DNA of 64,000 nucleotides from an uncultured Pelagibacteraceae bacterium. Lineage in GTDB: Bacteria; Pseudomonadota; Alphaproteobacteria; Pelagibacterales; Pelagibacteraceae. Under the pieces are notes generated by a model. The model saw only the letters and a list, made by a program, of their open reading frames with translations, was not told the origin of the DNA and did not search any database. Location of the stretch: the NCBI GenBank assembly GCA_902619745.1, contig CACNFL010000003.1:932-64931 (forward strand), in the 5' to 3' direction. Both the position numbers and the translations under genes were made by a program. Position 1 is the first letter of the stretch. Each line of letters begins with the position of its first letter. Below are positions 1-9,326 of this stretch, one piece after another.

Positions 1-566
1 ACGTATTTAGACAAGATATCTATCTCTATGTTGACTAAACTAGATTTTTTTAAAGTTGATAAATTAGTTTCTTTGTAGGTGTGAGGAATAATCCAAATTT
101 GGAAACCTATTTTAGTCACTTTCGAAATTGTAAGTGAAATACCATTCACACAGATTGATGCTTTTTCTATTAAATGTTTTCTTTCCTTTTTAGGCAAATC
201 AAAGTCAAAAAGAAATGATTTATCTATTTTTTTAATACTTAATACTTTACCAACAGTATCAACATGTCCTTGACAAATATGTCCTGAAATTTTTGTCCCA
301 TATTTTAAAGGTAATTCTAAATTTATTTTATCTTTTATTTTTAAAAATTTGAATTTTGATCGAATTATCGTTTCTTTCGAAAGATAAAATTCCATAATTT
401 TGGATTTATATGAAATTAAAGTTAGACAAACACCATCGCAGGCAACAGACAAACCCATGTCTTTATTGGATACTTTAACATTACTTTTAACAAAAATGTT
501 AAGACCTTTAGGTCTTTTAATAATTTTAGTTATAGTACCTTGGTTATAAATTATTCCGTTAAACAT
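1..566 (-). CDS. ribE: Riboflavin synthase alpha chain (3' end runs off window)
   Basis: Not in the ORF track; read manually from ATG at 566: MFNGIIYNQG...SVACDGVCLT...GHICQGHVD...SICVNGISLT...VNIEIDILSKY, the two-repeat lumazine-binding pattern; lies downstream of ribD (called ribC in E. coli nomenclature). Confidence 0.93.
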   Translation of the reverse strand, partial: MFNGIIYNQGTITKIIKRPKGLNIFVKSNVKVSNKDMGLSVACDGVCLTLISYKSKIMEFYLSKETIIRSKFKFLKIKDKINLELPLKYGTKISGHICQGHVDTVGKVLSIKKIDKSFLFDFDLPKKERKHLIEKASICVNGISLTISKVTKIGFQIWIIPHTYKETNLSTLKKSSLVNIEIDILSKY

Positions 567-571
567 TTTTT

Positions 572-1675
572 CTAACTATATAGTGTTATTCTGTCTTTTC
601 GTAAATTGAGATTTAGATTAATTTTTGTTTTATATTTTTGATTTAATATATTTTGACTACTAAATTTCAAATATTCGAAGTTTTTTGAGAGATTTTTTGG
701 ACTTTTATACAGATAAAATTTATTAAAAATTTTATTCTTAATCAGTGAATTTGTTAATTTATCTCCTCCTTCAATTAATAAATTTCTACATCCATAATTA
801 TGTAATTTTTTCAAAATTAATTTGATGTCAAATCTGTTATTTCGATCAATTCGAGATTTAATTAGATGAATTCCTTTTCTTTTAAATTTTGAAATTTTTA
901 ATTTGTTTGCTTTATTATAAAAAATTATAGTATTTTTGTTATTAGATGATTTTATTATATAACTGTTTATTTTAGAATTTAACTTGTTATCTAAAATAAT
1001 TCTTTTTGGAGAAAATTTTTCAAAACCCTTCAAACGACAATTTAATTTTGGATTATCTTTATTTAGTGTTTTGTGAGTAATCATCAAACTATCATTTTGA
1101 TATCTCAACATGTGTGTAAACTGATCTGAATAAGAATTTGTAATCTTTTTTTGGGTTTTGCTGTAAATAATATTGTTTTTTGAAATAGCTATTTTGCCGG
1201 TAACAAAGGGTAATTTTTTCTTTCTATTAAAAAAATAAGGTAAATAAAAACTTTCAATTTTGCTTTTTAATAAACCTTTTTTTACAATTATTTTTTTTGA
1301 CTTTAAAATTTTAAAACTTTTATTTCTTACTCTTTTATCTATGTCAGTAACTGCATATATAACTTCTGAAATTCTAGATTTTATTATCGCGTCAGTGCAT
1401 GGTGGTGTTAATCCATGATGACAGCATGGTTCTAAGGTAACATACATTTTTGAACCTTCTAATTCTTCAAAACTATTTTTAATCGCATTAAATTCAGCGT
1501 GTGGTCTTCCATTAAATGAGGTTTGTCCTATGGAAATAATTTTATCATGTTTGACAATAACACAGCCTACAGAAGGGTTTGATCCAGTCTGTCCATGACG
1601 AGATTTAGCCAAGTCTAAGGCTAAATCCATGTAAAATTTATCTTTTAATGTAAATTTATCTTTTTTTGTAGACAT
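572..1675 (-). CDS. ribD: Bifunctional riboflavin biosynthesis deaminase/reductase
   Basis: NPSVGC, HAE and TLEPCCH zinc-deaminase motifs; C-terminal LLIEGG. Start moved from 1738 to the ATG at 1675 (MSTKKDK). Confidence 0.93.
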   Translation of the reverse strand: MSTKKDKFTLKDKFYMDLALDLAKSRHGQTGSNPSVGCVIVKHDKIISIGQTSFNGRPHAEFNAIKNSFEELEGSKMYVTLEPCCHHGLTPPCTDAIIKSRISEVIYAVTDIDKRVRNKSFKILKSKKIIVKKGLLKSKIESFYLPYFFNRKKKLPFVTGKIAISKNNIIYSKTQKKITNSYSDQFTHMLRYQNDSLMITHKTLNKDNPKLNCRLKGFEKFSPKRIILDNKLNSKINSYIIKSSNNKNTIIFYNKANKLKISKFKRKGIHLIKSRIDRNNRFDIKLILKKLHNYGCRNLLIEGGDKLTNSLIKNKIFNKFYLYKSPKNLSKNFEYLKFSSQNILNQKYKTKINLNLNLRKDRITLYS

Positions 1676-2114
1676 CAAGCTTGTCCACGAATTGTACGAA
1701 ATCTTTTTCTTCCCTAAAGTTTCTATATACTGATGCAAATCTTACATATCCAACTGGGTCTAAATCTTTTAATCCATCCATAACCATTGTACCAATTGTG
1801 TTTGTTGATATCTCTCCTTGTCCAAGTTCTTCAAGAGATCTTGAAATGTTACTAATGAATTTTTCTATTGTAGCCGTATCTATTGGTCTTTTTTTAAGAG
1901 CTATGTAGATAGATTTAGATAATTTATCACGATCAAATGATGATTTTCTTCCATTTTTTTTAACAACCATCAATTCTCTAAATTGAATTCTCTCAAATGT
2001 AGTAAATCTTTCACCACATATACACAACCTTCTTCTTCTTATTGCGGTACCATCTTCAGTTGGACGTGAGTCTACAACAGATGTATCACCTTTTTTTTCG
2101 CACGGACAAATCAT
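1656..2114 (-). CDS. nrdR: Transcriptional repressor NrdR
   Basis: DSRPTEDG.AIRRRR.C..GERFTTFE, ATP-cone VVKKNG, YVRFASVY; usual glyA-nrdR-ribD order. Confidence 0.96.
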   Translation of the reverse strand: MICPCEKKGDTSVVDSRPTEDGTAIRRRRLCICGERFTTFERIQFRELMVVKKNGRKSSFDRDKLSKSIYIALKKRPIDTATIEKFISNISRSLEELGQGEISTNTIGTMVMDGLKDLDPVGYVRFASVYRNFREEKDFVQFVDKLDVYKKR

Positions 2115-2117
2115 TTA

Positions 2118-3425
2118 CTAAAGGTTCTTATATATCGGAAATGAAGAAGTTAAAGAAATAACTTCATTTTTTACTTCGTTTTCTATTTTGCTATTATCTG
2201 TTGGGTTTTCAGATAAACCTTTTAGAGTTTTTGTTATTAATTCACCTACCGTTTTAAACTCATTTAAACCAAATCCACGAGTTGTAGCCGCTTGAGTTCC
2301 TAATCTTATTCCAGATGTAATCATTGGTTTTTCTGTATCAAATGGAATACCATTTTTATTACATGTAATGTTTGCTCTAGACAAACTCTCTGCCGCAAGA
2401 TTTCCTTTAACATTGTAGGGTCTCAAATCAACCAACATCAAATGTGTATCTGTTCCATCTGAATAAATTTTAAATCCATTATTTTTTAAGGTTTCTGCTA
2501 ACATTTTTGCATTTGCTAAAACAGATTTAATGTAATCTTGAAATTCTGGTTGTAGCGCCTCAAGAAAGCCAGCTGCTTTTGCCGCAATAATATGCATTAA
2601 AGGTCCTCCCTGATAACCAGGAAAAACGGCTGTGTTAAATTTTTTAGCAAGATCTTCATGATTAGTTAAAATTATTCCTCCTCTTGCGCTTCTAAATACT
2701 TTGTGAGTTGTTGAAGTAACTACATGAGCATAGTCACATGGATTAGGGTATCCTTTACCAGCAACTAATCCTGAGAAGTGAGCCATATCAACCATTAGAT
2801 ATGCTCCAACTTTATCTGCTATTTCTCTAAATCTTTTAAAGTCAATTACTCTAGAATAAGCACTTCCGCCTGCAATGATTAGTTTAGGTTTATGTTCTAA
2901 TGCAAGTTTTTCAACATTATCATAATCTATTAACTCAGATTCTTTATCTACATCATAACCTATAGCGTTAAACCATTTACCAGACATTGAAATTTTTAAT
3001 CCATGAGTAATGTGACCACCTGAATTTAAACTCATACCCATGAACGTATCACCTGGGCTTAACAGGGCTAAAAACACTGCTCCATTAGCTTGTGCACCTG
3101 AGTGTGGTTGGGCATTTGCAAATTTACAATTAAATAATTTTTTTAATCTTTCAATAGCAAGGTTTTCTGCTACATCAACATGCTCGCAACCATTATAATA
3201 TCTTTTACCAGGATAACCTTCGGCATATTTGTTAGTTAAAACTGATCCTTGTGCTTCTAATACTGCTTGAGATACTATATTTTCAGACGCAATTAGCTCT
3301 ATATGTTGTTGCTGCCTAATTAATTCATCTTTAATAGCTTTATAAAGTTCTGGATCTTTTAAAGATAAACTATCCTCAAAAAAACTTTTATAACTATCGT
3401 TTAAATAACTTTTTTCGCTCGACAT
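2118..3425 (-). CDS. glyA: Serine hydroxymethyltransferase
   Basis: [33 protein letters not shown] (PLP lysine), QGGP. Confidence 0.97.
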   Translation of the reverse strand: MSSEKSYLNDSYKSFFEDSLSLKDPELYKAIKDELIRQQQHIELIASENIVSQAVLEAQGSVLTNKYAEGYPGKRYYNGCEHVDVAENLAIERLKKLFNCKFANAQPHSGAQANGAVFLALLSPGDTFMGMSLNSGGHITHGLKISMSGKWFNAIGYDVDKESELIDYDNVEKLALEHKPKLIIAGGSAYSRVIDFKRFREIADKVGAYLMVDMAHFSGLVAGKGYPNPCDYAHVVTSTTHKVFRSARGGIILTNHEDLAKKFNTAVFPGYQGGPLMHIIAAKAAGFLEALQPEFQDYIKSVLANAKMLAETLKNNGFKIYSDGTDTHLMLVDLRPYNVKGNLAAESLSRANITCNKNGIPFDTEKPMITSGIRLGTQAATTRGFGLNEFKTVGELITKTLKGLSENPTDNSKIENEVKNEVISLTSSFPIYKNL

Positions 3426-3427
3426 AA

Positions 3428-3853
3428 TTATATTTTCTTAACCCTTCTCAAGTGTCTTCCACCTTCAAATTTTGTATTTAAAAAAACACTTACAAATTTC
3501 AAAGCATTTTTTTTGGTTATCAACCGTGACCCTAATGTAATGATGTTTGCATCGTTATGCAATCTGGATAATTTTGTTGATTTTAGATTAAAACATTGTG
3601 CAGCGCGAATATTTTTATGCTTATTTGCCGCAATATTCATTCCAGTCCCAGATCCACACACTAAAATACCAACATTACTCTTTCTTGATTTGACTTTTCT
3701 AGCAACTTTATGAGCATAGTCAGGATAATCAACGCTGCTATCATCTTTGGGACCAAGATCCTCAAATTTTACTTTTTTATTCCTTAAATAATCTTTGATT
3801 GTTTCTTTTAATTTAAATCCAGCGTGATCTGATGAAATAAATATTTTTCTCAA
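3428..3853 (-). CDS. rpiB: Ribose-5-phosphate isomerase B
   Basis: SDHAG, DYPD, CGSGTG, ANK, HNDAN, FEGGRH motifs. Confidence 0.95.
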   Translation of the reverse strand: MRKIFISSDHAGFKLKETIKDYLRNKKVKFEDLGPKDDSSVDYPDYAHKVARKVKSRKSNVGILVCGSGTGMNIAANKHKNIRAAQCFNLKSTKLSRLHNDANIITLGSRLITKKNALKFVSVFLNTKFEGGRHLRRVKKI

Positions 3854-3854
3854 A

Positions 3855-4493
3855 TTAATTAAATTTGTAATCTAAAACACAAGCAACTAAATGTATTCTA
3901 TTCTCTTCTCCACCATTAAATGCGTTGTGATACTTAGTATTGTTTGTAACCCAAACTGAACCATCAGCAGGCATATGTTTAGCAACATTATCAATTACCA
4001 TTAAACAACCAGGGTTTGTTATAATAGGTATATGTAATCTTGGTTCAGGATCTCTATGCCAGCTTAAAGTTGATCTTGGCTCTTTTAAAAGAATCCTAAC
4101 TCTTCCAAGTTTATATTTTTTTGAAAGGACATCATAAACCTCTTTAAAATATGTGTTCTCATAGTCTTTAATAAATTCTGAGTAAGATGATTCATCAATC
4201 ATTTCGTCTCTAGAAACTTCTTTTCCTGATTTGTCAGGTTTAGTCCAGTATACTCCACGAGCTTTATTACCTTTTATTGAATCTGGATCACCAGGTATTT
4301 GAGTTAGAGATATAGCGCCAAAATGAGTAACACCTGCATCTTCAAATTTTTTAATCTTAACTATTTGGTGATATGCTTCTTGTAATTTCTCTATATCAAA
4401 CTTAATTTCTTGTTTCTGGAAATCACTAAAGTCTAAAATCCTATCTTCTTTTTTGATATTTAAGTCTACAACTTTTGAGTTTTCTGTCGCCAT
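3855..4493 (-). CDS. 2OG-Fe(II) oxygenase, aspartyl/asparaginyl beta-hydroxylase (proline hydroxylase-like) family
   Basis: HxD (WHRD), RLHIPIITN, distal His (KYHNAFN) and RIHL pattern of a double-stranded beta-helix dioxygenase. Confidence 0.75.
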   Translation of the reverse strand: MATENSKVVDLNIKKEDRILDFSDFQKQEIKFDIEKLQEAYHQIVKIKKFEDAGVTHFGAISLTQIPGDPDSIKGNKARGVYWTKPDKSGKEVSRDEMIDESSYSEFIKDYENTYFKEVYDVLSKKYKLGRVRILLKEPRSTLSWHRDPEPRLHIPIITNPGCLMVIDNVAKHMPADGSVWVTNNTKYHNAFNGGEENRIHLVACVLDYKFN

Positions 4494-4566
4494 CGTGATT
4501 GCTTTCTACTCTTTTTTTTGTATATGTGTATATTACATTTGTCGCAATTTAAAAGTAAATTAAAAC

Positions 4567-5556
4567 ATGATTATTGGTAAATATCCTAGTCTCAGACTCA
4601 GAAGAAGCAGAAAAGATCCTTGGTCAAGAAGATTGATTCAAGAAAATACCTTAAGTCCAAATGACTTTATACTCCCTATTTTTTTAATTGAAGGTTCAAA
4701 TAAACGACAAGAGATTTCATCAATGCCTGGCGTTTACAGGTATACAATTAATCGATTGAACCAAATTGTGGATAAAGCAATAAAATTAGGAATACCAATG
4801 ATAGCTCTTTTCCCAAAGACACAAAACTCAAAAAAAGATGAATTGGGAACAGAATCACTGAATGAAAATAATTTAGTCTGTAAAGCGATACAAGAAGTCA
4901 AAAAAAGATACAAAAACAAAATCGGTATAATGTGTGATGTTGCTTTAGATCCTTATACATCACATGGTCATGATGGTTTGATCAAATCTAACACTATATT
5001 AAATGACGAAACAATTGAGGTTTTGATCAATCAGTCATTACTACAAGCTGAGATGGGTTGTGATGTACTGGCTCCTTCAGACATGATGGATGGCAGAATA
5101 GGAAAAATAAGAAAAGCTTTAGATAAAAATAAATTCCAAAACGTTCAAATTTTATCGTACGCTGCAAAATATGCTTCAAGCTTTTATGGACCTTTTAGAG
5201 ATGCAGTCGGGTCTAAAGGTTCTTTAAAAGGTGACAAAAAAACTTATCAGATGGATTATAGAAATTCTGATGAAGCTTTAAGAGAAGTTGCGTTAGATAT
5301 TAAAGAAGGTGCTGATATGGTAATGGTTAAACCAGGTATGCCCTACTTAGACATAATAAAATCAATAAAAGAAAAATTTAAATTGCCTGTATTTGCCTAT
5401 CAAGTATCAGGAGAATACAGCTTAATTCAAACAGCTATAACGAAAAAAATAATTAATAAAGATGCTGTATATGAAAGCTTAGTTGCTTTTAAGAGAGCTG
5501 GTGCCAATGCTATAGTAAGTTATTACGCTGATAGAATTGATAAAATAATAAAATAA
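4567..5556 (+). CDS. hemB: Delta-aminolevulinic acid dehydratase (porphobilinogen synthase)
   Basis: DVALDPYTSHGHDG, PSDMMDG, SFYGPFRDA, MVKPG, AYQVSGEY. Confidence 0.97.
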   Translation: MIIGKYPSLRLRRSRKDPWSRRLIQENTLSPNDFILPIFLIEGSNKRQEISSMPGVYRYTINRLNQIVDKAIKLGIPMIALFPKTQNSKKDELGTESLNENNLVCKAIQEVKKRYKNKIGIMCDVALDPYTSHGHDGLIKSNTILNDETIEVLINQSLLQAEMGCDVLAPSDMMDGRIGKIRKALDKNKFQNVQILSYAAKYASSFYGPFRDAVGSKGSLKGDKKTYQMDYRNSDEALREVALDIKEGADMVMVKPGMPYLDIIKSIKEKFKLPVFAYQVSGEYSLIQTAITKKIINKDAVYESLVAFKRAGANAIVSYYADRIDKIIK

Positions 5557-6237
5557 TTATTTTAACGTATTTAAGAATAACAACCTGCTATTTGGATAAT
5601 TTAAATTATTTGGTCTTAATATAGTTTTATCCAAATAATCGCCTACCAATTTCAAACCGTTCAATAAAGTGCCAAGATCATTAACTTCTATATCTTTTTC
5701 AATCAAAAAATTAGGTACATATTTTTTTTCATTTAAAGAACTTGCATAATATACAGTTTTGTTACCTTCTAAATCTTTTTCAACTAAATTTTCAAGCGCC
5801 AAGTCATATCCTAATATTTTAAGTAACTCCAATTCCCAAAATATATATTTTTTTATCCAATCTTTCTCTTTTAAAATTAAAAAAAAATTTTGAATTATAA
5901 AATAAACTTTATCGTTAGATTGAGACTCTGCTGTCAATATTTTAATCAAATTCATAGCAGATGTAATACAGGATAGCTTTTGCTTATGATCAAAATATAA
6001 TGGGGTATATGCATTTAAAATTTCAATTTTAAAATAACCTATTCTGTTTTCATTTTTAGAATTGTAATTAACATGGAGTTTATTACCAAGCTGAAGATAA
6101 TTTTTAATTTTTTTTGAAGTGCCACCAAATATAATTCCAGATATCTTTCCTTTATCTTTTGTAAATAATTCAGCAATTAATGAATTTTCATTATATCTAT
6201 TTTTACTTATTAAAAATCCTTCGTCTGACCAATTCAT
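5557..6237 (-). CDS. recO: DNA repair protein RecO
   Basis: Alphaproteobacterial RecO N-terminus MNWSDEG...ENSLIAELFT; WELELL..LGY; lies downstream of rnc. Confidence 0.85.
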   Translation of the reverse strand: MNWSDEGFLISKNRYNENSLIAELFTKDKGKISGIIFGGTSKKIKNYLQLGNKLHVNYNSKNENRIGYFKIEILNAYTPLYFDHKQKLSCITSAMNLIKILTAESQSNDKVYFIIQNFFLILKEKDWIKKYIFWELELLKILGYDLALENLVEKDLEGNKTVYYASSLNEKKYVPNFLIEKDIEVNDLGTLLNGLKLVGDYLDKTILRPNNLNYPNSRLLFLNTLK

Positions 6238-6902
6238 TTTTTATTTGTATTTTTTAAACATTCTATAGCAGCATTTTGTTCAGCTTCTTTCTTTGATTTT
6301 CCAGTAGCTATAAAATATTTTGTATTTGGCAATTTTACTCCAACTTTAAATATGGGTTTGTGTCTTGGACCTGTATTTGAAATTAATTTATAAGTAGGTA
6401 ATTTTTTAAAGTTTTTTAAAGTTAATTCCTGTAACTTTGTTTTTGCATCTATTTCTGTAACTACACTTTTTTCAATATGATCTTGCCACAAGTTTAAAAT
6501 TGTTTTTTCAACTATTGTAAAACCTTTATCAAGATAAATAGCACCAATTAATGCTTCACAACTATCAGATATAATTTTGTCCTCAATTTTTATTTTTTTA
6601 TTGTTGGGGTTAAATGTTTTAACATAACTAGCTAAATTGATTTTTTTTGCTATATCCAGACATGTTTTTTTATTAACTAGCGATGCAAATTTTTTATCAA
6701 GAATACCTTCTTTTTCACCTGGATAAATTTCTAAAAGTTTTTTTGCTATGACTAAACCAAGAACTCTATCACCCAGAAACTCTATCTTTTCATTATTTTC
6801 ATTTGAGTTAAAACTTTTATGTGTAAGAGCTTGGGTAAGTAGATCTTTATTTTTAAATTTTAAATCAATTTTTTTTTCTAAACTTTGATAGTTAATTTTC
6901 AT
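6234..6902 (-). CDS. rnc: Ribonuclease III
   Basis: ALTHKS, NEKIEFLGDRVL, EALIGAIYLD, dsRBD DAKTKLQE...GPRH. Confidence 0.97.
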   Translation of the reverse strand: MKINYQSLEKKIDLKFKNKDLLTQALTHKSFNSNENNEKIEFLGDRVLGLVIAKKLLEIYPGEKEGILDKKFASLVNKKTCLDIAKKINLASYVKTFNPNNKKIKIEDKIISDSCEALIGAIYLDKGFTIVEKTILNLWQDHIEKSVVTEIDAKTKLQELTLKNFKKLPTYKLISNTGPRHKPIFKVGVKLPNTKYFIATGKSKKEAEQNAAIECLKNTNKK

Positions 6903-7639
6903 TAATTAATTTTATTAAAGGTTCTATTAAATCTTATTGACTTATGCCATTTCCAAAATTCAATAAAACTTCCTATTCTTTTATCTGAAGAGAAAAATAT
7001 AAATTGAGCTTTTCCTACTAAATTATCTTTATGTACATATCCAACACTTGTTAAGTACCTGCTATCTTTAGAACAGTCTCTGTTATCTCCTAAAAAGAAA
7101 TAATGATCTTTTGGTACAGTAAACACATCAGAATTTTGGTAGGTATAATCTTTTAAATAAACAGTATGAAATTTTTTACCATTTGTAAGTTTTTCTTCAA
7201 ATCTATAAACATCAATATTTTTGTCGCCACAGAAAATTGTTGTTTTGTTATTAATTTTAGATTTAAGAATTTCAGAATTATTTAAATATAAATTAGAGTC
7301 TATAAATTGAATTTTATCACCAGGTAAACCAATTAGTCTTTTAATATAATCTGTTCGATTATCTGCTGGAGTTTTAAACACAATTACATCACCTCTTTCC
7401 GGACTACTAAACATAATTCTTTTGTTTAATATTGGAGGACTAAAAGGAAATGAATGTTTGCTATATCCATATGTATATTTTGTTACAAACAACCTATCAC
7501 CTACTAATAAAGTAGGTTCCATGGATGATGATGGAATATAAAATGGTTGTACTAAAAGCGATCTAATTATAACTGCAATTATTAATGCATAAATTAAAGT
7601 TTTTATATTTTCTGAAAAAAAATTTTTATCTAATTTCAT
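6902..7639 (-). CDS. lepB: Signal peptidase I
   Basis: IPSSSMEPTL (catalytic Ser), YIKRLIGLPGD (Lys), GDNRD.SKDSR. Confidence 0.97.
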   Translation of the reverse strand: MKLDKNFFSENIKTLIYALIIAVIIRSLLVQPFYIPSSSMEPTLLVGDRLFVTKYTYGYSKHSFPFSPPILNKRIMFSSPERGDVIVFKTPADNRTDYIKRLIGLPGDKIQFIDSNLYLNNSEILKSKINNKTTIFCGDKNIDVYRFEEKLTNGKKFHTVYLKDYTYQNSDVFTVPKDHYFFLGDNRDCSKDSRYLTSVGYVHKDNLVGKAQFIFFSSDKRIGSFIEFWKWHKSIRFNRTFNKIN

Positions 7640-8022
7640 GATGTCTGAATAATTGCAAATGCAGTTGAATAATTTTTTTCATCCGAAATTGATAAAAAAC
7701 ATTTAAAATTTTTGATTTTAAAGTTCTTTTGTACAATTTTTGTAATTTTTTTATTTTTAACGTAATAAGGCTTTCCCTTTTTGTCATTAACAACTTCTAT
7801 ATCTTTAAAATTTAAATTCATACGAAAACCTGTGCCAAGAGCTTTGGAAAATGCTTCTTTTGCAGCAAATCTCTTCGAAAAATAAGCTACTTTATTGTTT
7901 ACTACATTAGATTGTTTCAATTCTTTAGATGAGTAAATTCTTTTTTTAAATAAAGGATTTTTAATCGATTTTTGAATTCTTTTATTTTCAACAATATCAA
8001 CTCCAATGCCTAGAATTTTCAT
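7636..8022 (-). CDS. acpS: Holo-ACP synthase
   Basis: GIGVDIVE, RFAAKEAFSKALGTG, SISDE. Confidence 0.96.
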   Translation of the reverse strand: MKILGIGVDIVENKRIQKSIKNPLFKKRIYSSKELKQSNVVNNKVAYFSKRFAAKEAFSKALGTGFRMNLNFKDIEVVNDKKGKPYYVKNKKITKIVQKNFKIKNFKCFLSISDEKNYSTAFAIIQTS

Positions 8023-8742
8023 TTATTTTTTTATAATTTTTTTAAAGTTTTTAATTACTTTTGAAAGTCCATCAAATATTGACTCTCCAATTATAAAATG
8101 TCCTATATTATACTCTTCAATATCTATTATTTTTGTTAACATTTTGGTGGTTTTATAGTCTAAACCATGACCAGCATGAACTTCTATATTTAAACTTGAT
8201 GCTAATTTTGCACTTTTTTTAATTCTATTTAATTCACTAGAATAATTTTTTTTTGATTTAACCAGGTTTGCTAGTTTTCCAGTATGTATTTCAATACAAT
8301 CAGCATTTAATTTTTTAGCAAGTCTAATGTCATTTGGTGAAGGGTTAATGAATAAACTTGTTCTTATCTTTGCTTTTTTAAATTTTTTAATTATTTTCTC
8401 TAACTTATTAAGATTGTTTTTTATATTTAAACCTCCCTCGGTAGTAATTTCTTTTCTATTTTCTGGAACTAAACAGATAAAATTTGGTTTTATCTTAAGT
8501 GCTTTATTAACAATTTCTTCGTTCATAGAAATTTCAAGGTTTACAGGTACATTTATTAAACCACAGATTTTTTTTGCATCAAAATCATTTATATGTCTTC
8601 TATCTTCTCTTAAATGAATTGTTACAGAATCGGCTCCATAGCTAATAACTTTTTTAGCTGCGTATAGTGGATCAGGATGTTTCTCTCCACGAGCGTTTCG
8701 TAAAGTTGCAATATGATCTATATTTACACCTAACCTTTTCAC
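8023..8742 (-). CDS. pdxJ: Pyridoxine 5'-phosphate synthase
   Basis: LGVNIDHIATLRNAR, HLREDRRHI, TTEGGL, HAGHGL. Confidence 0.97.
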   Translation of the reverse strand: MKRLGVNIDHIATLRNARGEKHPDPLYAAKKVISYGADSVTIHLREDRRHINDFDAKKICGLINVPVNLEISMNEEIVNKALKIKPNFICLVPENRKEITTEGGLNIKNNLNKLEKIIKKFKKAKIRTSLFINPSPNDIRLAKKLNADCIEIHTGKLANLVKSKKNYSSELNRIKKSAKLASSLNIEVHAGHGLDYKTTKMLTKIIDIEEYNIGHFIIGESIFDGLSKVIKNFKKIIKK

Positions 8743-9326
8743 TTAATAAATCTGCTTCCTGGGGTTGTTATTGGTATAGATTTAAGCTCTGGAGGTAATT
8801 TATTTGCTTTATAAGTTGGAACATCAATTTTTAAATGAGATGTTATTCCAGTTTTTATTTTTAAAGATTGATTGGTTGATCGATCAATAATAGATGCAAA
8901 TCCAATTAACTTTGCTTTTGATTTTTTAATCAATTTAACACACTCCAAACTTGATTTTCCTGTGGTGATTACATCTTCAATAATTAATACTCTTGCTCCT
9001 TTTTCAATATTGAAACCTCTTCTGAGAGTAAATTTACCATTTACTCTTTCACAAAAAATTGTTTCTTTTTTTAGCAATTTTCCAATTTCATATCCAATAA
9101 TTACTCCCCCCATTGCAGGTGCTAAAATTAAATCAATTTTTTTAAATTTTTTTTTAATTTTATTTGCTAAGGATTTACAAATTTTATCAGCTAAATTAGG
9201 GTAACTTAAAAGTTTTGCACATTGAATGTATTTTGAAGAATGTAGACCTGAGGATAAAACAAAGTGACCTTCTAATAATGCATTAGTTTTTTTTAAAATA
9301 TTTAAGGATTTTTTGAGTGAAAGCAT
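8739..9326 (-). CDS. pyrE: Orotate phosphoribosyltransferase
   Basis: GHFVLSSGLHS, PRPP motif IIEDVITTGKS. Confidence 0.95.
   Translation of the reverse strand: MLSLKKSLNILKKTNALLEGHFVLSSGLHSSKYIQCAKLLSYPNLADKICKSLANKIKKKFKKIDLILAPAMGGVIIGYEIGKLLKKETIFCERVNGKFTLRRGFNIEKGARVLIIEDVITTGKSSLECVKLIKKSKAKLIGFASIIDRSTNQSLKIKTGITSHLKIDVPTYKANKLPPELKSIPITTPGSRFIK

Noticed and set aside
4540-4547. TGTCGCAA octamer shared by two divergent intergenic regions (about 4540 and 28572)
   Set aside because: It also occurs inside the MATE coding sequence (about 23594), its position relative to starts differs, and at 4540 it is explicable as a -35 box; a post-hoc match
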